Source: a virus | Virus record (IMG/VR): IMGVR_UViG_3300045988_107973 | Reading direction: 5' to 3' (one strand) | Length of the DNA stretch: 64,000 nucleotides | Shown: piece by piece, positions 35,513 to 46,038 of the stretch | How the letters are laid out: each line of letters starts with the position of its first letter | Numbering within the stretch: position 1 is the first letter of the stretch | Notes under the pieces: generated by a model | The model's database searches: none | What the model was told of the DNA's origin: nothing | The model's input: only the letters and a program-made list of their open reading frames with translations | Position numbers and translations under genes: made by a program

Positions 35513-36274
35513 ATGGTTTACATTACAGGTGATATTCATGGCGAATTTTACCGTTTTTTTAAATTAGAGAAATTCTGCCATAAACATAATCTTGGAAAGA
35601 ATGACTGGATCATTTGCCTTGGCGATGTCGGTTTGAACTACTACGGCAAAGACGACCCTCGTGAATGGAGTATTAAGACTATTGCCGCAGATATCCCTGC
35701 GAATCTGTTTTGTATTCATGGAAATCATGAACGCCGCCCATCTCGTAAAGATGGCTATAAAATAAAGGAAATCAGTGGAGATATTTGCGGTAAAGTGTGG
35801 TATAACCCACATTATCCTAATCAGTATTTTGCTATTGATGGCGAGGTTTACCAGATTCTTGCTGATAGGGAAATTTTAAACTGTCTTGTCTGTGGCGGAG
35901 CCTATTCTGTAGATAAATATTATCGGTTAGATCGTGGATGGAATTGGTGGCCGGATGAACAGCCTAATGAGAAGACTAAGAAAAAGATCTGGAATATTAC
36001 ACATGACCATCAAATCGATGATATTGATGTTATGCTCACGCATACCTGTCCATTCTGGTTCATTCCAACTGAATTGTTTATCGGTGGTATTGATCAAAGC
36101 ACAGTAGACCAGTCAACTGAAATATTCTTTGATAATATATACGAATGCTATCCTAACGATTGTAAACCATTCTGGTACTTCGGCCATTTCCATGGTAACA
36201 AGTACACCGATGACTATGTGATGCTTTTCGACGATATTATTAAGTTTGGAGATAAGGTGAAGAGTGATGAGTGA
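35513..36274 (+). CDS. calcineurin-like metallophosphoesterase (lambda Ser/Thr phosphatase-like)
   Basis: Motifs GDIHGE, LGDVG, HGNHE and GHFHG. Confidence 0.55.
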   Translation: MVYITGDIHGEFYRFFKLEKFCHKHNLGKNDWIICLGDVGLNYYGKDDPREWSIKTIAADIPANLFCIHGNHERRPSRKDGYKIKEISGDICGKVWYNPHYPNQYFAIDGEVYQILADREILNCLVCGGAYSVDKYYRLDRGWNWWPDEQPNEKTKKKIWNITHDHQIDDIDVMLTHTCPFWFIPTELFIGGIDQSTVDQSTEIFFDNIYECYPNDCKPFWYFGHFHGNKYTDDYVMLFDDIIKFGDKVKSDE

Positions 36275-36509
36275 ATATCATGTGAGCTGTGGTATGTTTG
36301 GTATTTACGCAGGAACTGTTAAAAAGAATGGAACCGAATGGAAGGATAAAACTCGTGTCACGGATGAAGCTATTGAAGCAGTTCGTGATTGGCTTCTTTC
36401 TGGAACTCAGTTCAACAATAAAACTTCTAATGGATACTCATGGACAACAAAGGAAGGTAATACTGTAACTTTGAAAGTGTCTATCGAAGGTAAGGAGCAG
36501 ACAGAATGA
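36264..36509 (+). CDS. hypothetical small protein
   Basis: ORF overlapping the upstream stop. Confidence 0.35.
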   Translation: MMSEYHVSCGMFGIYAGTVKKNGTEWKDKTRVTDEAIEAVRDWLLSGTQFNNKTSNGYSWTTKEGNTVTLKVSIEGKEQTE

Positions 36510-36540
36510 ATTCAAATAGTATGAAAGGTGGTGTTGCCTG

Positions 36541-39500
36541 ATGAGTAGTAGTTTACATACGCACTCATACTTTTAGCTTACTCGACGGATTCTCTTCTCC
36601 TGAAGAAAATCTAAAAAGAGCATCAGAACTTGGTTTAAAAGCCATTGCCATTACGGAACATGGTGAGGTAACAAGCTGGCCGTACTACTCAGAACTGAAA
36701 GACAAGTATCCGAATGTAAAACTTCTTTATGGTATTGAGGCATATGAGTGTGAGGACAGGGAAGTTAAGGATAAGAACAGTAAATACTGGCACTTGATTA
36801 TCATTGCAAAAAACGAAGCTGGTCGTCAGGCTGTTAATCGCTTGTCTACACTCGGTCATCTTCATGGTTTTTATAGCCGTCCTCGTATCACAAAAGAGGA
36901 TATCGCTAAGGAAGATACGAATAATTTGATTATCCTGTCTGCTTGTTTAGTAAGTAGGCTATCCAGAACAGATGATTATAACGCTTGTATTAAGCTGGTT
37001 CAAGAGTATAAGAGCTTATTTCCTCACTATTATCTTGAAGTTCAGGCTCATGCAAACAGTGAACAGGCAAAATACAATCAAAAAATCATGCGGCTGGCGA
37101 ATGATACTCATACAAAAGTAGTTGTCACAAACGATGTTCACGCTGCCACCAAAGAAGATCTTTATTATCAAGATTATTTCCTTCGTATCGCTCATGATAC
37201 GGAAACCGCCGCAGAAATCTATGAAGGATGCTACTTCATGTCTCGTGAGGAACAGCATAGAGTTCTTGATAGCCAGATTGGATACGAAGCGGCAGAATGG
37301 TGTATCAATAATACTGACGAGGTTGCCGACCTGTGTGATGATGTAGATATGCCTTGGCATGAACCTGAACTTCCCAAAATTGAGATTCCGCCACAGTATT
37401 CTAATTCGGCAGCTTACCTGAAAGACCTTGTAAAAGAGGGATGGAAGAAACGTGGAATTGATAAGTTTGATGCAGAAAAGCAGAAAATCTATCGCAAACG
37501 TGTTGATGATGAGTTGTTTGTCATCGAGAAGAAAGACTTCTGTGACTACTTTTTGATTCTAGTCGATTACATCAACTGGTGTAAACAGAACGATGTTATT
37601 GTTGGCCCAGGGCGAGGTTCTGCTGCTGGTTCACTTGTATGTTACTTGATTGGTATTACGCAGCTTGACTCTATCAAATACGAGCTTGATTTCGGACGAT
37701 TCCTTACTATTGAACGAAAGGACCTTCCTGACGTTGATGTGGACGTTAGCGACCGTGCGAAGGTTGTTGAGTATTTGACACAGAAGTATGGAGAAGATCG
37801 AGTGGTTCAGGTTATGAATATCGTGTACACTACTCCGGTCACTTCGATTCAAGACGTTGGTAAAGTTCTCGGCTTTCCGTATGCTGAAATAAGAAAAATC
37901 AGCGAGAAGTTTGTTCAAAAGACATGGAAGGATTGCCTTGATGCCAACCCGGAAGTGGCTGAAAATCCGAAGTATAAGGAACTACTTGACATCGCAAGTC
38001 ATATCAATGGTCGCCCACGAGGATATGGTATTCATGCTGGCGGTGTTATTGTCTGCCGACATCCTTATTATGAGTATATCGGCATTCGGCACGGCACTGA
38101 CGGAGAACATGTTATTTCTGTTGATAAAGTGATGAACGAGAAGATTGGACTCGTCAAGTTTGATATTCTTGGTGTTGCGTCGCTGGTTGCTATCGATGAG
38201 GCAAAACGTGAAGACAATATTCCAGACTGGGAGATTGATATTAACAATCCAGAGTTTGAAAACGATAAGGCAACTTACGATTTGATTTGCTCCGGGCGGA
38301 CAGACAATCTATTCCAGATTGAGTCTTCGGGAATGAAGGATCTGGTTGCACAGCTTCAGCCGAGGTCGATTGAAGAGCTATCCGCTTTGATTGCACTTTA
38401 TCGCCCTGATGCAATGCCGTCCATTCCTACATACGTTGATTGCAAATACCATCCTGAGCACATTCATTATTTTCATCCTGATATGGAACCGATTTTCCGC
38501 AGCACATACGGTGTGAATATTTATCAGGAACAGAGTATGAAGCTCACGAAGGTGTTCGGTGGTCGAAACGATGCCGGAGCTGACAGAATGCGTAAGTGCT
38601 TGGCAAAGAAAAAACCTGAGAAAGTCAAGGAAGAGGTCGAGCTTCTTTACGATGAGATTCTTGCAAACGGATACGATAAAGCAACCGCCGAATATATTTG
38701 CGATGAACTGTCAACGAAGGGCGGCTACGGATTTAACAAGTCACATTCTCAGGCGTATGCCGTTATCTGCCTTCAAACAGCATACTTAAAAACACACCAT
38801 CCGCTTGCATTCTTTAAGGCTATGCTAAACCTGAATAAAGCAAAGGTCGGTAAGGTAAACAAGATTATGGTGGATGCACGGAGTTTTGGTGTTCAGGTTC
38901 TTCCTCCGAGTATCAATCGTTCCGGCATGGATTTTACTGTATCGAATGGGAAAATTCTATTTGACCTATCCGCAATCGGTGGTATTGGTGATACGCTTGC
39001 CGATGCTATTATTGCCGAAAGAGATAAGAATGGAAAGTTCAAGGGTCTTGATGACTTCACGAGCCGTGTCCGTGCAACAAAGGCACAGATCATCGCACTG
39101 GTTAAGTCTGGTGCCATTCCTACAAAGAATAAACGAGCATTCTTGGAAAAGTACATTGCGAGTGGTTTGGAGCAATCTGAGTTCAAACCGGTAAGCACAC
39201 TTCCTACAAAAGCTGTCCTGCTGAGTAAGTGGGATATTGATACGGAGCATTATAAGGTTGGTAAGAAGGTTGATAAAGAAACTGTCCTACGAATCTATAA
39301 CGAAAAACGCCGTGTTGTATATGAAACTGAAAAGCTCAAGAAAAAAGAAGCATACATGACTGAGCAGTCAGAGAAGTATTTGAAGGACGAGCAATTCTGG
39401 GAGTTCCAGACATTACAGACGTTCATCATCGATAAGAATCCGTTTGAAAAGGCATACGAGTACATTCAGGATTTCTCAGAGATTGAGAGTGGCGACTCTT

Positions 39501-39757
39501 GTGTGCTGGTTGGTATTATCGCAAAGATTCAGAAGAAGAAAACAAAGACTGGTATGCAGTTTGCATTTGTAAATCTGTACTCTGGTGATGGTATCATTGA
39601 GCTAACTGTGTGGCCGAGAATCCTTTCTGATTATCAGGATTTGATTGTTAAGGGAAGTCAGGTAGCTGTGCTTGGTAAGAAGGAAGATGATTCGCACGTT
39701 ATTGCAAATGACTTCAAGCCTTACAAGCAATGGCTGCATGATAGAGAGATAAGGTAA
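36541..39757 (+). CDS. dnaE: DNA polymerase III alpha subunit (DnaE-type, PHP + polymerase core + C-terminal OB); N-terminal +1 frameshift at a T4 run
   Basis: ATG 36541 after GGTGGTG gives MSSSLHTHSYF then TAG. The +1 frame continues SLLDGFSSPEE...AIAITEHG (canonical PHP HxHSxYSLLDG). Further on: GYGIHAGGVIV, FDILGV, and OB fold QFAFVNLYSGDG. The frames join inside tttt at 36571-74. Confidence 0.7.
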
Positions 39758-39769
39758 GAGGGTTGTAAG

Positions 39770-42100
39770 GTGGCAGATAAGAAATTTAATGAAAATATGA
39801 TCCGTTGCTATATCAGGATAAAACGAGTCTTTTATCCGAAAGATGGGAAGGGGGTGGAGCCCGGCGGCTTCGCCACCTTCTCTGCCGAGGTGGTAAAAGT
39901 CAAGCAGGGAAATCCTATCATGAGCCGATACAGCGACCTCCGACTGAAAGGCAACGTCCCTAGTCTTGATATGGATAAAACTTATTCATTCTGTGGTAAG
40001 TATGTTCATCATGAAAAGTTTGGTGACCAGTATAAAATCGTCTACATGAACGAGTTCCAAGAGATTACCGACCCAGAAGAACAGAAAAGCTTTCTCCGTT
40101 TTATCTTGACAGAACATCAGTTTGAGATGCTTTATGAAGCATTTGATAATCCGTATGAGATCATCAAGAACGGTGATATCAAGTCTCTTTGCACTGTTAG
40201 TGGCATCACAGAAGGTCGAGCACAGAAAATTATCGATGCCTTTGAAAATAACATTGATAACAGCGAAGCATACACGAAGCTGATTGAGTATGGCTTGACT
40301 CCCAGTGCTATCGGAAAACTTGTTCATCAATATCACGGTGCAGACACTCTTGTAAGAAAGATTGAAGAGAACCCTTATGTTTTGATTGACGATGTATATG
40401 GTATTGGTTGGAAGAAAGCTGACGCTCTTGCATTGAATATGGGATTAAAGCCAAACTCTCAATTCCGAATTGAAGCTTACGTTATGCATTTTCTTGCCGA
40501 CCGTGCCGAAGAAGGCAATTCTATCATCCCGGCAAACCAGACAATCAATAGTTGCATTAAGGAACTTGGCTTGGATGAGGGTGACCAAGAGATTATCAAG
40601 AGAGCACTTTTCCATCTGCACGATGTCCGCGAAACGCTTTGGTGGAGTGATGATCGTCAGGAATTTGCTTTAACAAGAGTGTGGAATCTGGAAGATAAGA
40701 TTGCAAAGGAAATTAAGCGTCTGGCGGATGCACCTGTCGAGCCGATTGGTCGAAACACGGATGCTGCAATCGATGAGGCAGAACGTGCTCTTGGCATCGA
40801 GTACACCGAGGAGCAAAGAGATGCTATTAAAAAGGTATGCTCTAGTAATGTCTGTATCTTGACGGGCTACGGAGGAACCGGTAAAAGTACCGTTGTCGCT
40901 GGTGTCCTAAAGGTTCTTCGTGGTAAGTCGTTTGCCCAGACTGCACTCTCTGGTCGTGCTGCTGCTCGTATGCAGGAGATTACTGGTCAGGACGGCAAGA
41001 CAATTCACCGCCTCCTTGGTTACGACATTGAAAATGGTGGCTTTATTCATAATAAGAACAATCCTTTAGAGGAGGATATCATCATTCTGGACGAGACCTC
41101 TATGGTTGGCGCTCAACTGTTTTACGATTTAATTCAGGCAATCGAAACTGGTAAACGATTTATCATGATTGGTGATGACGGCCAGCTTGAGAGTATTGGT
41201 ATGTGCAACATCTTCAAGGATATGCTTGCCTCCAAGGTTGTTCCGGTTGCTCGCTTGACTAAGATTCACCGTCAGGCTGCTAAGTCAGCGATTATCACTG
41301 AGAGTATCAAGGTTCGTAATGCCACGCAGTTGGTTCCTTACGGTTGGGCTGGTAATGAGATTCGTGGCGAGCTGCGTGATTTGGAGCTTAATATCTATAA
41401 GGATGCAGGCGAGTCATTTAGCCACATCATCAATCAGTATCGTACCTTATATAATAAGGTAGGGAACGATAGCGCAAAGATTCAGATTGTACTTCCGCAG
41501 AAGCTCCGTGGCAGCATCTGCACCTACGAGGTAAATAATGCTATTCAGGAAATTGTGAATCCGAGTCGTGGTCAGACCGAAGCGAAGATTTCTATCTATG
41601 GTGATGGCAAGGACAGAGTGTACACTCTGCGTGAGGGCGATCAGGTCATTATCAACAAGAACAATTATGAACTTCACACATACAATCTCAAGACAAAGAA
41701 AAAGGAAGAGAAGTGTCCGGTGTTCAACGGAAACCGTGGCATTATCCGAAAGATTGAGACTAGTTTTATTCTGGTTGATTTTGACCAATGGGGAACGATC
41801 TTCATTCCGCATTACTTTGGTGGGAATAACATCTGGGCAACGCTTGAACTTGCTTATGCTTTAAGTTGTCATAAACTACAGGGCAGTGAGGCTCCGTATG
41901 TGATTGTTGGTATGGACAACTCTGCATACCTGATGCTGACGAGAGAATGGCTCTATACGGCCATTACTCGTGCCAAGAAGTATTGTGTGATTTGCGCCGA
42001 AACTCATGCTCTTGATCGGGCTGTAAAGACTTCGAGGGTGCCATACAAGCGGACGTTCTTGAAGGAATTTTTACGGAAAGAATTTTCAGAAAAGCATTGA
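39770..42100 (+). CDS. RecD2/Dda-like SF1 DNA helicase
   Basis: Helix-hairpin-helix SGITEGRAQKIIDAF. Walker A ILTGYGGTGKST. Also IILDETSMV, IMIGDDGQL, and C-terminal LSCHKLQGSEAPYVIV..YTAITRAK. Confidence 0.6.
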   Translation: MADKKFNENMIRCYIRIKRVFYPKDGKGVEPGGFATFSAEVVKVKQGNPIMSRYSDLRLKGNVPSLDMDKTYSFCGKYVHHEKFGDQYKIVYMNEFQEITDPEEQKSFLRFILTEHQFEMLYEAFDNPYEIIKNGDIKSLCTVSGITEGRAQKIIDAFENNIDNSEAYTKLIEYGLTPSAIGKLVHQYHGADTLVRKIEENPYVLIDDVYGIGWKKADALALNMGLKPNSQFRIEAYVMHFLADRAEEGNSIIPANQTINSCIKELGLDEGDQEIIKRALFHLHDVRETLWWSDDRQEFALTRVWNLEDKIAKEIKRLADAPVEPIGRNTDAAIDEAERALGIEYTEEQRDAIKKVCSSNVCILTGYGGTGKSTVVAGVLKVLRGKSFAQTALSGRAAARMQEITGQDGKTIHRLLGYDIENGGFIHNKNNPLEEDIIILDETSMVGAQLFYDLIQAIETGKRFIMIGDDGQLESIGMCNIFKDMLASKVVPVARLTKIHRQAAKSAIITESIKVRNATQLVPYGWAGNEIRGELRDLELNIYKDAGESFSHIINQYRTLYNKVGNDSAKIQIVLPQKLRGSICTYEVNNAIQEIVNPSRGQTEAKISIYGDGKDRVYTLREGDQVIINKNNYELHTYNLKTKKKEEKCPVFNGNRGIIRKIETSFILVDFDQWGTIFIPHYFGGNNIWATLELAYALSCHKLQGSEAPYVIVGMDNSAYLMLTREWLYTAITRAKKYCVICAETHALDRAVKTSRVPYKRTFLKEFLRKEFSEKH

Positions 42101-42125
42101 CAATTATATTCGTATCCTGTATAAT
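42097..42125 (+). promoter_or_regulatory. strong sigma70-like promoter (TTGACA-N17-TATAAT) with an inverted GTATCCTGT motif in the spacer
   Basis: TTGACA 42097-102 and TATAAT 42120-25. The spacer is nearly identical to that of the 15993 promoter. Confidence 0.55.
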
Positions 42126-42182
42126 ATAGTTATAAAAAGTCTCCATCCCGGAGGCTTAAAATTCTCTCTTTAGATGCATAAC

Positions 42183-42191
42183 ACAGGATAC
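42183..42191 (+). promoter_or_regulatory. conserved ACAGGATAC motif copy (between promoter and terminator-like hairpin)
   Basis: Sequence gcataacACAGGATACgag. Confidence 0.45.
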
Positions 42192-42200
42192 GAGAAAGAG

Positions 42201-42236
42201 AAGGCTTGCTCGTAACGACAAGCCTTTCTTTATTAG
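42201..42236 (+). terminator. hairpin + T-tract terminator/attenuator-like structure in the ligase leader
   Basis: AAGGCTTG-ctcgtaacga-CAAGCCTT followed by tctttatt. Confidence 0.45.
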
Positions 42237-42251
42237 CTATAACTATATAAC

Positions 42252-42260
42252 ACAGGATAC
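42252..42260 (+). promoter_or_regulatory. conserved motif AACTATATAACACAGGATAC (copy upstream of ligase gene)
   Basis: Exact 20-mer also at 17501-17520, followed by AAGGAGG. Confidence 0.5.
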
Positions 42261-42273
42261 ACAAGGAGGCTTT

Positions 42274-43587
42274 ATGACAGATAAAGAGCTCATAGGTAAG
42301 CTTGATGCGATGGTTAAGGCATTGCAGAAAGCAAAGAAAAAGACGGACAAGACCCGCATTTTGCTGGATGCACGTAAGGATTTTGGAGATGAAGCTGATG
42401 AGTTAATGGCATTCTTTCGATTCCTGCTTGACCCGGCAATTGTTACTGGCCTGTCTAATGCAAAGATCAATAAGAAGGTAACCGCAAGGCCGGATTTCGA
42501 TGTTCAGTATCTCAGCTGCGGATACCTTTATATTATGGGTGCTAGTCACAATACAGGCTCTGATACATCCATCGCAACAATCCAGAATTATTTACATAAA
42601 AATCCTGAATACGAAGAGTTTCTGAAACGACTGTTCACTAAGAACCTGCCGATCGGAGTCGAGGCAGCTACCATCAATAAGGTGTACGGCGAAGAGATTG
42701 TTCCTGTCTGGGAGGTTCAGCAGGGATATCCGATTGACAAGGTTAAACTGAAGCGGAATGAAATGATTTTTGTATCGCGCAAATTAAATGGAGTGCGCGG
42801 CACCTTTATCAATGGTCAGCTCATTTCCAGACAGGCGCAAAAGTTTACTGGACTTGACCACATTATCAACGATATTAAAAATACTGGCTATTTTGGTTAT
42901 GTATTTGATGGAGAGTTAATTCGTAAGAATGTCGATGGTCTGTCAGATAACAAAAATTTCGTTGTTGGGACAGGCATTATTAACAGCGATTCTACAGATA
43001 AGAGCTGCATCAAGTTCGTAATTTTCGATATGGTTCTACAGAGACAGTTTGAAAATGACGAGTGTGTTGAACGGTATTCAGTTCGTAAACAGCGGCTTCT
43101 TGAGCTGAAAGAGAAAATCAAGCAGCACAATCTTCAAAACATTGAAGTTGTCGAGATGGTCTACGAAGGAACCGACCATTCACAGATTGCTAAATGGCTT
43201 GATTATGCTGTTGCAAATGACTGGGAAGGACTTGTCTGTAACAGAGATGTCCCTTACCGCCGGACACGACATAATGGATGCCTGAAAATAAAACGTTTCT
43301 ATACCGTTGACCTGCGAATCATCGCGATTGAGGAAGGTCAGAACCGTCTGGCTGGTACGATGGGTGCTCTGGTCGTTGACTACAATGGTAACGAGCTTCG
43401 TGTTGGTTCCGGTTTTGATGATACTACGAGAGCTACCGTTTGGGCGAATCCGGGTGACTATATCGGAAAAATCGTAGAAGTAAAATACAAGGAAAAGTCG
43501 TGCGACAAGAAAACTGGTGCTGAATCCCTGCAGTTCCCGACATTTGTGAGATTCCGAAATGACAAAAATGAGGTGTCTTATGGCTGA
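42274..43587 (+). CDS. ATP-dependent DNA ligase
   Basis: Motif I SRKLNGVRG (KxxGxR with Asn variant), III FDGELI, IV DWEGLVC, V GCLKIKR. Confidence 0.65.
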   Translation: MTDKELIGKLDAMVKALQKAKKKTDKTRILLDARKDFGDEADELMAFFRFLLDPAIVTGLSNAKINKKVTARPDFDVQYLSCGYLYIMGASHNTGSDTSIATIQNYLHKNPEYEEFLKRLFTKNLPIGVEAATINKVYGEEIVPVWEVQQGYPIDKVKLKRNEMIFVSRKLNGVRGTFINGQLISRQAQKFTGLDHIINDIKNTGYFGYVFDGELIRKNVDGLSDNKNFVVGTGIINSDSTDKSCIKFVIFDMVLQRQFENDECVERYSVRKQRLLELKEKIKQHNLQNIEVVEMVYEGTDHSQIAKWLDYAVANDWEGLVCNRDVPYRRTRHNGCLKIKRFYTVDLRIIAIEEGQNRLAGTMGALVVDYNGNELRVGSGFDDTTRATVWANPGDYIGKIVEVKYKEKSCDKKTGAESLQFPTFVRFRNDKNEVSYG

Positions 43588-43879
43588 TGTTAGGTTGATT
43601 GACGCAAATGCTTTGCTTGACAAAAATAATTGGACAATCAAGCAATACAGTGAAGAAGAAGCCAATGCTTGGAGAGACGGCATTGCCCTTATGAAGAAGA
43701 ACATTGAAAACGCTCCAACCATCGACCCGAAAACGCTGCGGCCGGTGGCACACTGGGAAGAGAGCGTTTGCTTCGACGATGCCTTTTGGGTGTGCTCGAA
43801 CTGCAAGTTTCCTAGTGAAGCGATAGCTGCACCCCGTCTTTATCACTATTGCCCGGTGTGCGGGTCGAAGATGGAGTGA
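43580..43879 (+). CDS. hypothetical zinc-ribbon protein; paralog of the 54370..54738 product
   Basis: C-terminus VAHWEESVCFDD...CSNC...YHYCPVCGSKME aligns to the 54370..54738 C-terminus (IAHWDHWSCDDEED...CSNC...YCPYCGAKMEG). Confidence 0.4.
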   Translation: MADVRLIDANALLDKNNWTIKQYSEEEANAWRDGIALMKKNIENAPTIDPKTLRPVAHWEESVCFDDAFWVCSNCKFPSEAIAAPRLYHYCPVCGSKME

Positions 43880-43967
43880 ATCATGGCTAAAAATAAGTTA
43901 AAAGATTCCTTTTATTGGATGGACGGGAATGATAAGAATGAAGTAAGTTTCGGCTAAGGAGAAGATT

Positions 43968-44351
43968 ATGAAAACTTATTATGCAGTAACTGAAGGCGAA
44001 TACTCAGACTATCGAATTATTACCATCACTGAAAACAAAGAAAAAGCGGAAAGAATCGCTGCGGCATACGACGGTGATGTCGAAGAGTATGAGGATTGTA
44101 TCATAAATCCGATTGGCGTTTGGAATGTTTATTACTACGAAAAAATAAAAAACTGGTTCGTAATCCATTCCAATAGAGATGTTGAAGATATTAAAGACAA
44201 AGAGTGGAAACCTGATTATTTTGATTCAGCTCCTTATGATAAGGGGATGGTGTGGACTATTTATGTAACCGCTGAGAATAGAGAGCTTGCTCAAAAGATT
44301 GCTTATGATAAGTATGCTCAGTGGAAAGCCGAACGGGAGGGGCTGGTATGA
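43968..44351 (+). CDS. hypothetical protein
   Basis: ORF after AAGGAGAAG. Confidence 0.4.
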   Translation: MKTYYAVTEGEYSDYRIITITENKEKAERIAAAYDGDVEEYEDCIINPIGVWNVYYYEKIKNWFVIHSNRDVEDIKDKEWKPDYFDSAPYDKGMVWTIYVTAENRELAQKIAYDKYAQWKAEREGLV

Positions 44352-44626
44352 ATCTTTCCAAGAAGTCCATTAAACACATTCTTCGGATTCTGGATAACAA
44401 ATGTGTTGAGAATCCATCCAAAACCACAACAATTAGCTTCGGCGGCAATCGAATTCCAACTCGTGAATTCACGCCTAAGAATAAAGAAGCGTATGGATGG
44501 TGGACTATTGTTTACGTTCCATCCGAAGGTTACTTTTGGGGAATCAAAAATGAAATGTCTGAGGAGTTTGGGATGGATTTGGATAGTCCAGATATCGATT
44601 CTCCTGCACAGCTTGCCGATTTGTGA
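44348..44626 (+). CDS. hypothetical protein
   Basis: ATG at 44348 with ATGA overlap. Confidence 0.4.
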   Translation: MNLSKKSIKHILRILDNKCVENPSKTTTISFGGNRIPTREFTPKNKEAYGWWTIVYVPSEGYFWGIKNEMSEEFGMDLDSPDIDSPAQLADL

Positions 44627-44634
44627 GGTGTAAA

Positions 44635-44850
44635 ATGCTACTTTTAACGCAAAACAAAGAAATCGTAAATCTTGACCGTATAGCCATCATTGATACTGCA
44701 AGCCTTAATATTTACGCAAGACAGGGAAATGGTGAGCGCGGAATCATTCTTGGAGGATACGATTCCGAAGAAAGGTGTAAGAGTGTTATTTGCGATATTT
44801 TTTATTGCTATAAGTTGAATGCACTTGCTTATATTATGCCAAATAACTAA
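44635..44850 (+). CDS. hypothetical small protein
   Basis: ATG at 44635 after GAGGTG. Confidence 0.3.
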   Translation: MLLLTQNKEIVNLDRIAIIDTASLNIYARQGNGERGIILGGYDSEERCKSVICDIFYCYKLNALAYIMPNN

Positions 44851-44851
44851 A

Positions 44852-45091
44852 ATGAATGATTTCAAAAAACTAGCTATCCCAAAGAAAGAACGACTTGAAG
44901 TTCAACTTACGGATGGCACAGAAGAACACAATATACTGTACATAATTACATCTCTAGCCACTATTAAAGGTGCTGAGATTTTTAAAAATTTTCGTTTGTA
45001 TTCTGTAGGCTCCGCCGGGGAGCTCAACTTATTAGAGAAGCGAGACGGCGATCCCTACTTTGATAAGCTGAAAGGAACAGAATATGAGTAA
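44852..45091 (+). CDS. hypothetical small protein
   Basis: ATG at 44852. Start uncertain; the alternative start is 44819. Confidence 0.3.
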   Translation: MNDFKKLAIPKKERLEVQLTDGTEEHNILYIITSLATIKGAEIFKNFRLYSVGSAGELNLLEKRDGDPYFDKLKGTEYE

Positions 45092-45431
45092 TTCGATGAA
45101 TCGAGAAGACCGGCGCAGAGAGCAGCGTAAGGCACGAATCCTTGCCCGGCGAATCAAAAAGGCCGGTGGTCCCGACTTTCTGGCTGGGATGCCAGTTGAA
45201 GAGTGGGAACCCAAGATTGGTGATGAGGTCACTATTAAGGTAAAGAGGATTCAGGGTAAGAAGGATTTCTTCAAGATGAGTCCGCAGTATCAGGACTTTA
45301 TCAATAGCCTTGAAGACGGAAAGCCTTACAAGATTACCAGTACCGGTATGAAGGGTCAGGTCTACGGCATTGATGCACATCCTTATTTTCAGATTTGGAA
45401 GGGTGATATGGAACCCTACAAGGAGTCCTAA
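45084..45431 (+). CDS. hypothetical basic protein
   Basis: ATG after AAAGGAACAG. Confidence 0.4.
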   Translation: MSNSMNREDRRREQRKARILARRIKKAGGPDFLAGMPVEEWEPKIGDEVTIKVKRIQGKKDFFKMSPQYQDFINSLEDGKPYKITSTGMKGQVYGIDAHPYFQIWKGDMEPYKES

Positions 45432-45679
45432 TGAGGATGTACTTCAGGACGGATTATAAAGAGTGGGGCCCGGCAGAAGCCACTTTGCAGAAAGGACGCT
45501 GGTATAAGGTTCTTTGTGATGCTGGCGACTTCTACATAATTGACAACAGACCAGAAAGTAACAAGTGCGGCCTGCGACTAGGAGAAATATCGTTTGTTGA
45601 TAAAGAAAATCTCGAAGATGACGTCTATGTCGTGACCGGAAAGAGTGAAGAATTTGAGGAAGGAGGTGGGGCGATATGA
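45431..45679 (+). CDS. hypothetical small protein
   Basis: ORF overlapping the upstream stop. Confidence 0.35.
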   Translation: MRMYFRTDYKEWGPAEATLQKGRWYKVLCDAGDFYIIDNRPESNKCGLRLGEISFVDKENLEDDVYVVTGKSEEFEEGGGAI

Positions 45680-45879
45680 TTGGTATTGACCATCGTGAGC
45701 AGGGTCGTAAGGAACGAGCCCTTGCAGAGTATTATAGAACCTTAGCTCGATATCCTGTCGAGTGTGGAGAGCCGATTACATATCAGTTATCGGAAGAGCA
45801 GCTTAAACAGGTTCTCTGTGGAGAGGTTACCGTGGATGAGTTGATTGAAAGAGGTGAGGTAGATGAGAGACAGGATTAA
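45676..45879 (+). CDS. hypothetical small protein
   Basis: ORF with ATGA overlap. Confidence 0.3.
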   Translation: MIGIDHREQGRKERALAEYYRTLARYPVECGEPITYQLSEEQLKQVLCGEVTVDELIERGEVDERQD

Positions 45880-46027
45880 AATGTGGATCGCTTTCATTAA
45901 GATTTTTAAGGATTATCTTATTGCGGTCGGAATCATGATTGCGTTGTGGTTATTGTCTTGCCTTATCAAGTATGGGATTTCAGTATCCAACTTCCCAGAT
46001 TGGTTTAAGTTTGCACTTCTAAAGTAA
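45863..46027 (+). CDS. hypothetical small membrane protein (54 aa)
   Basis: ATG after GAGGTGAGG. Hydrophobic core IAVGIMIALWLLSCLI. Not in the ORF track because it is under 60 aa. Confidence 0.25.
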   Translation: MRDRIKMWIAFIKIFKDYLIAVGIMIALWLLSCLIKYGISVSNFPDWFKFALLK

Positions 46028-46038
46028 TGGAGGATTAA

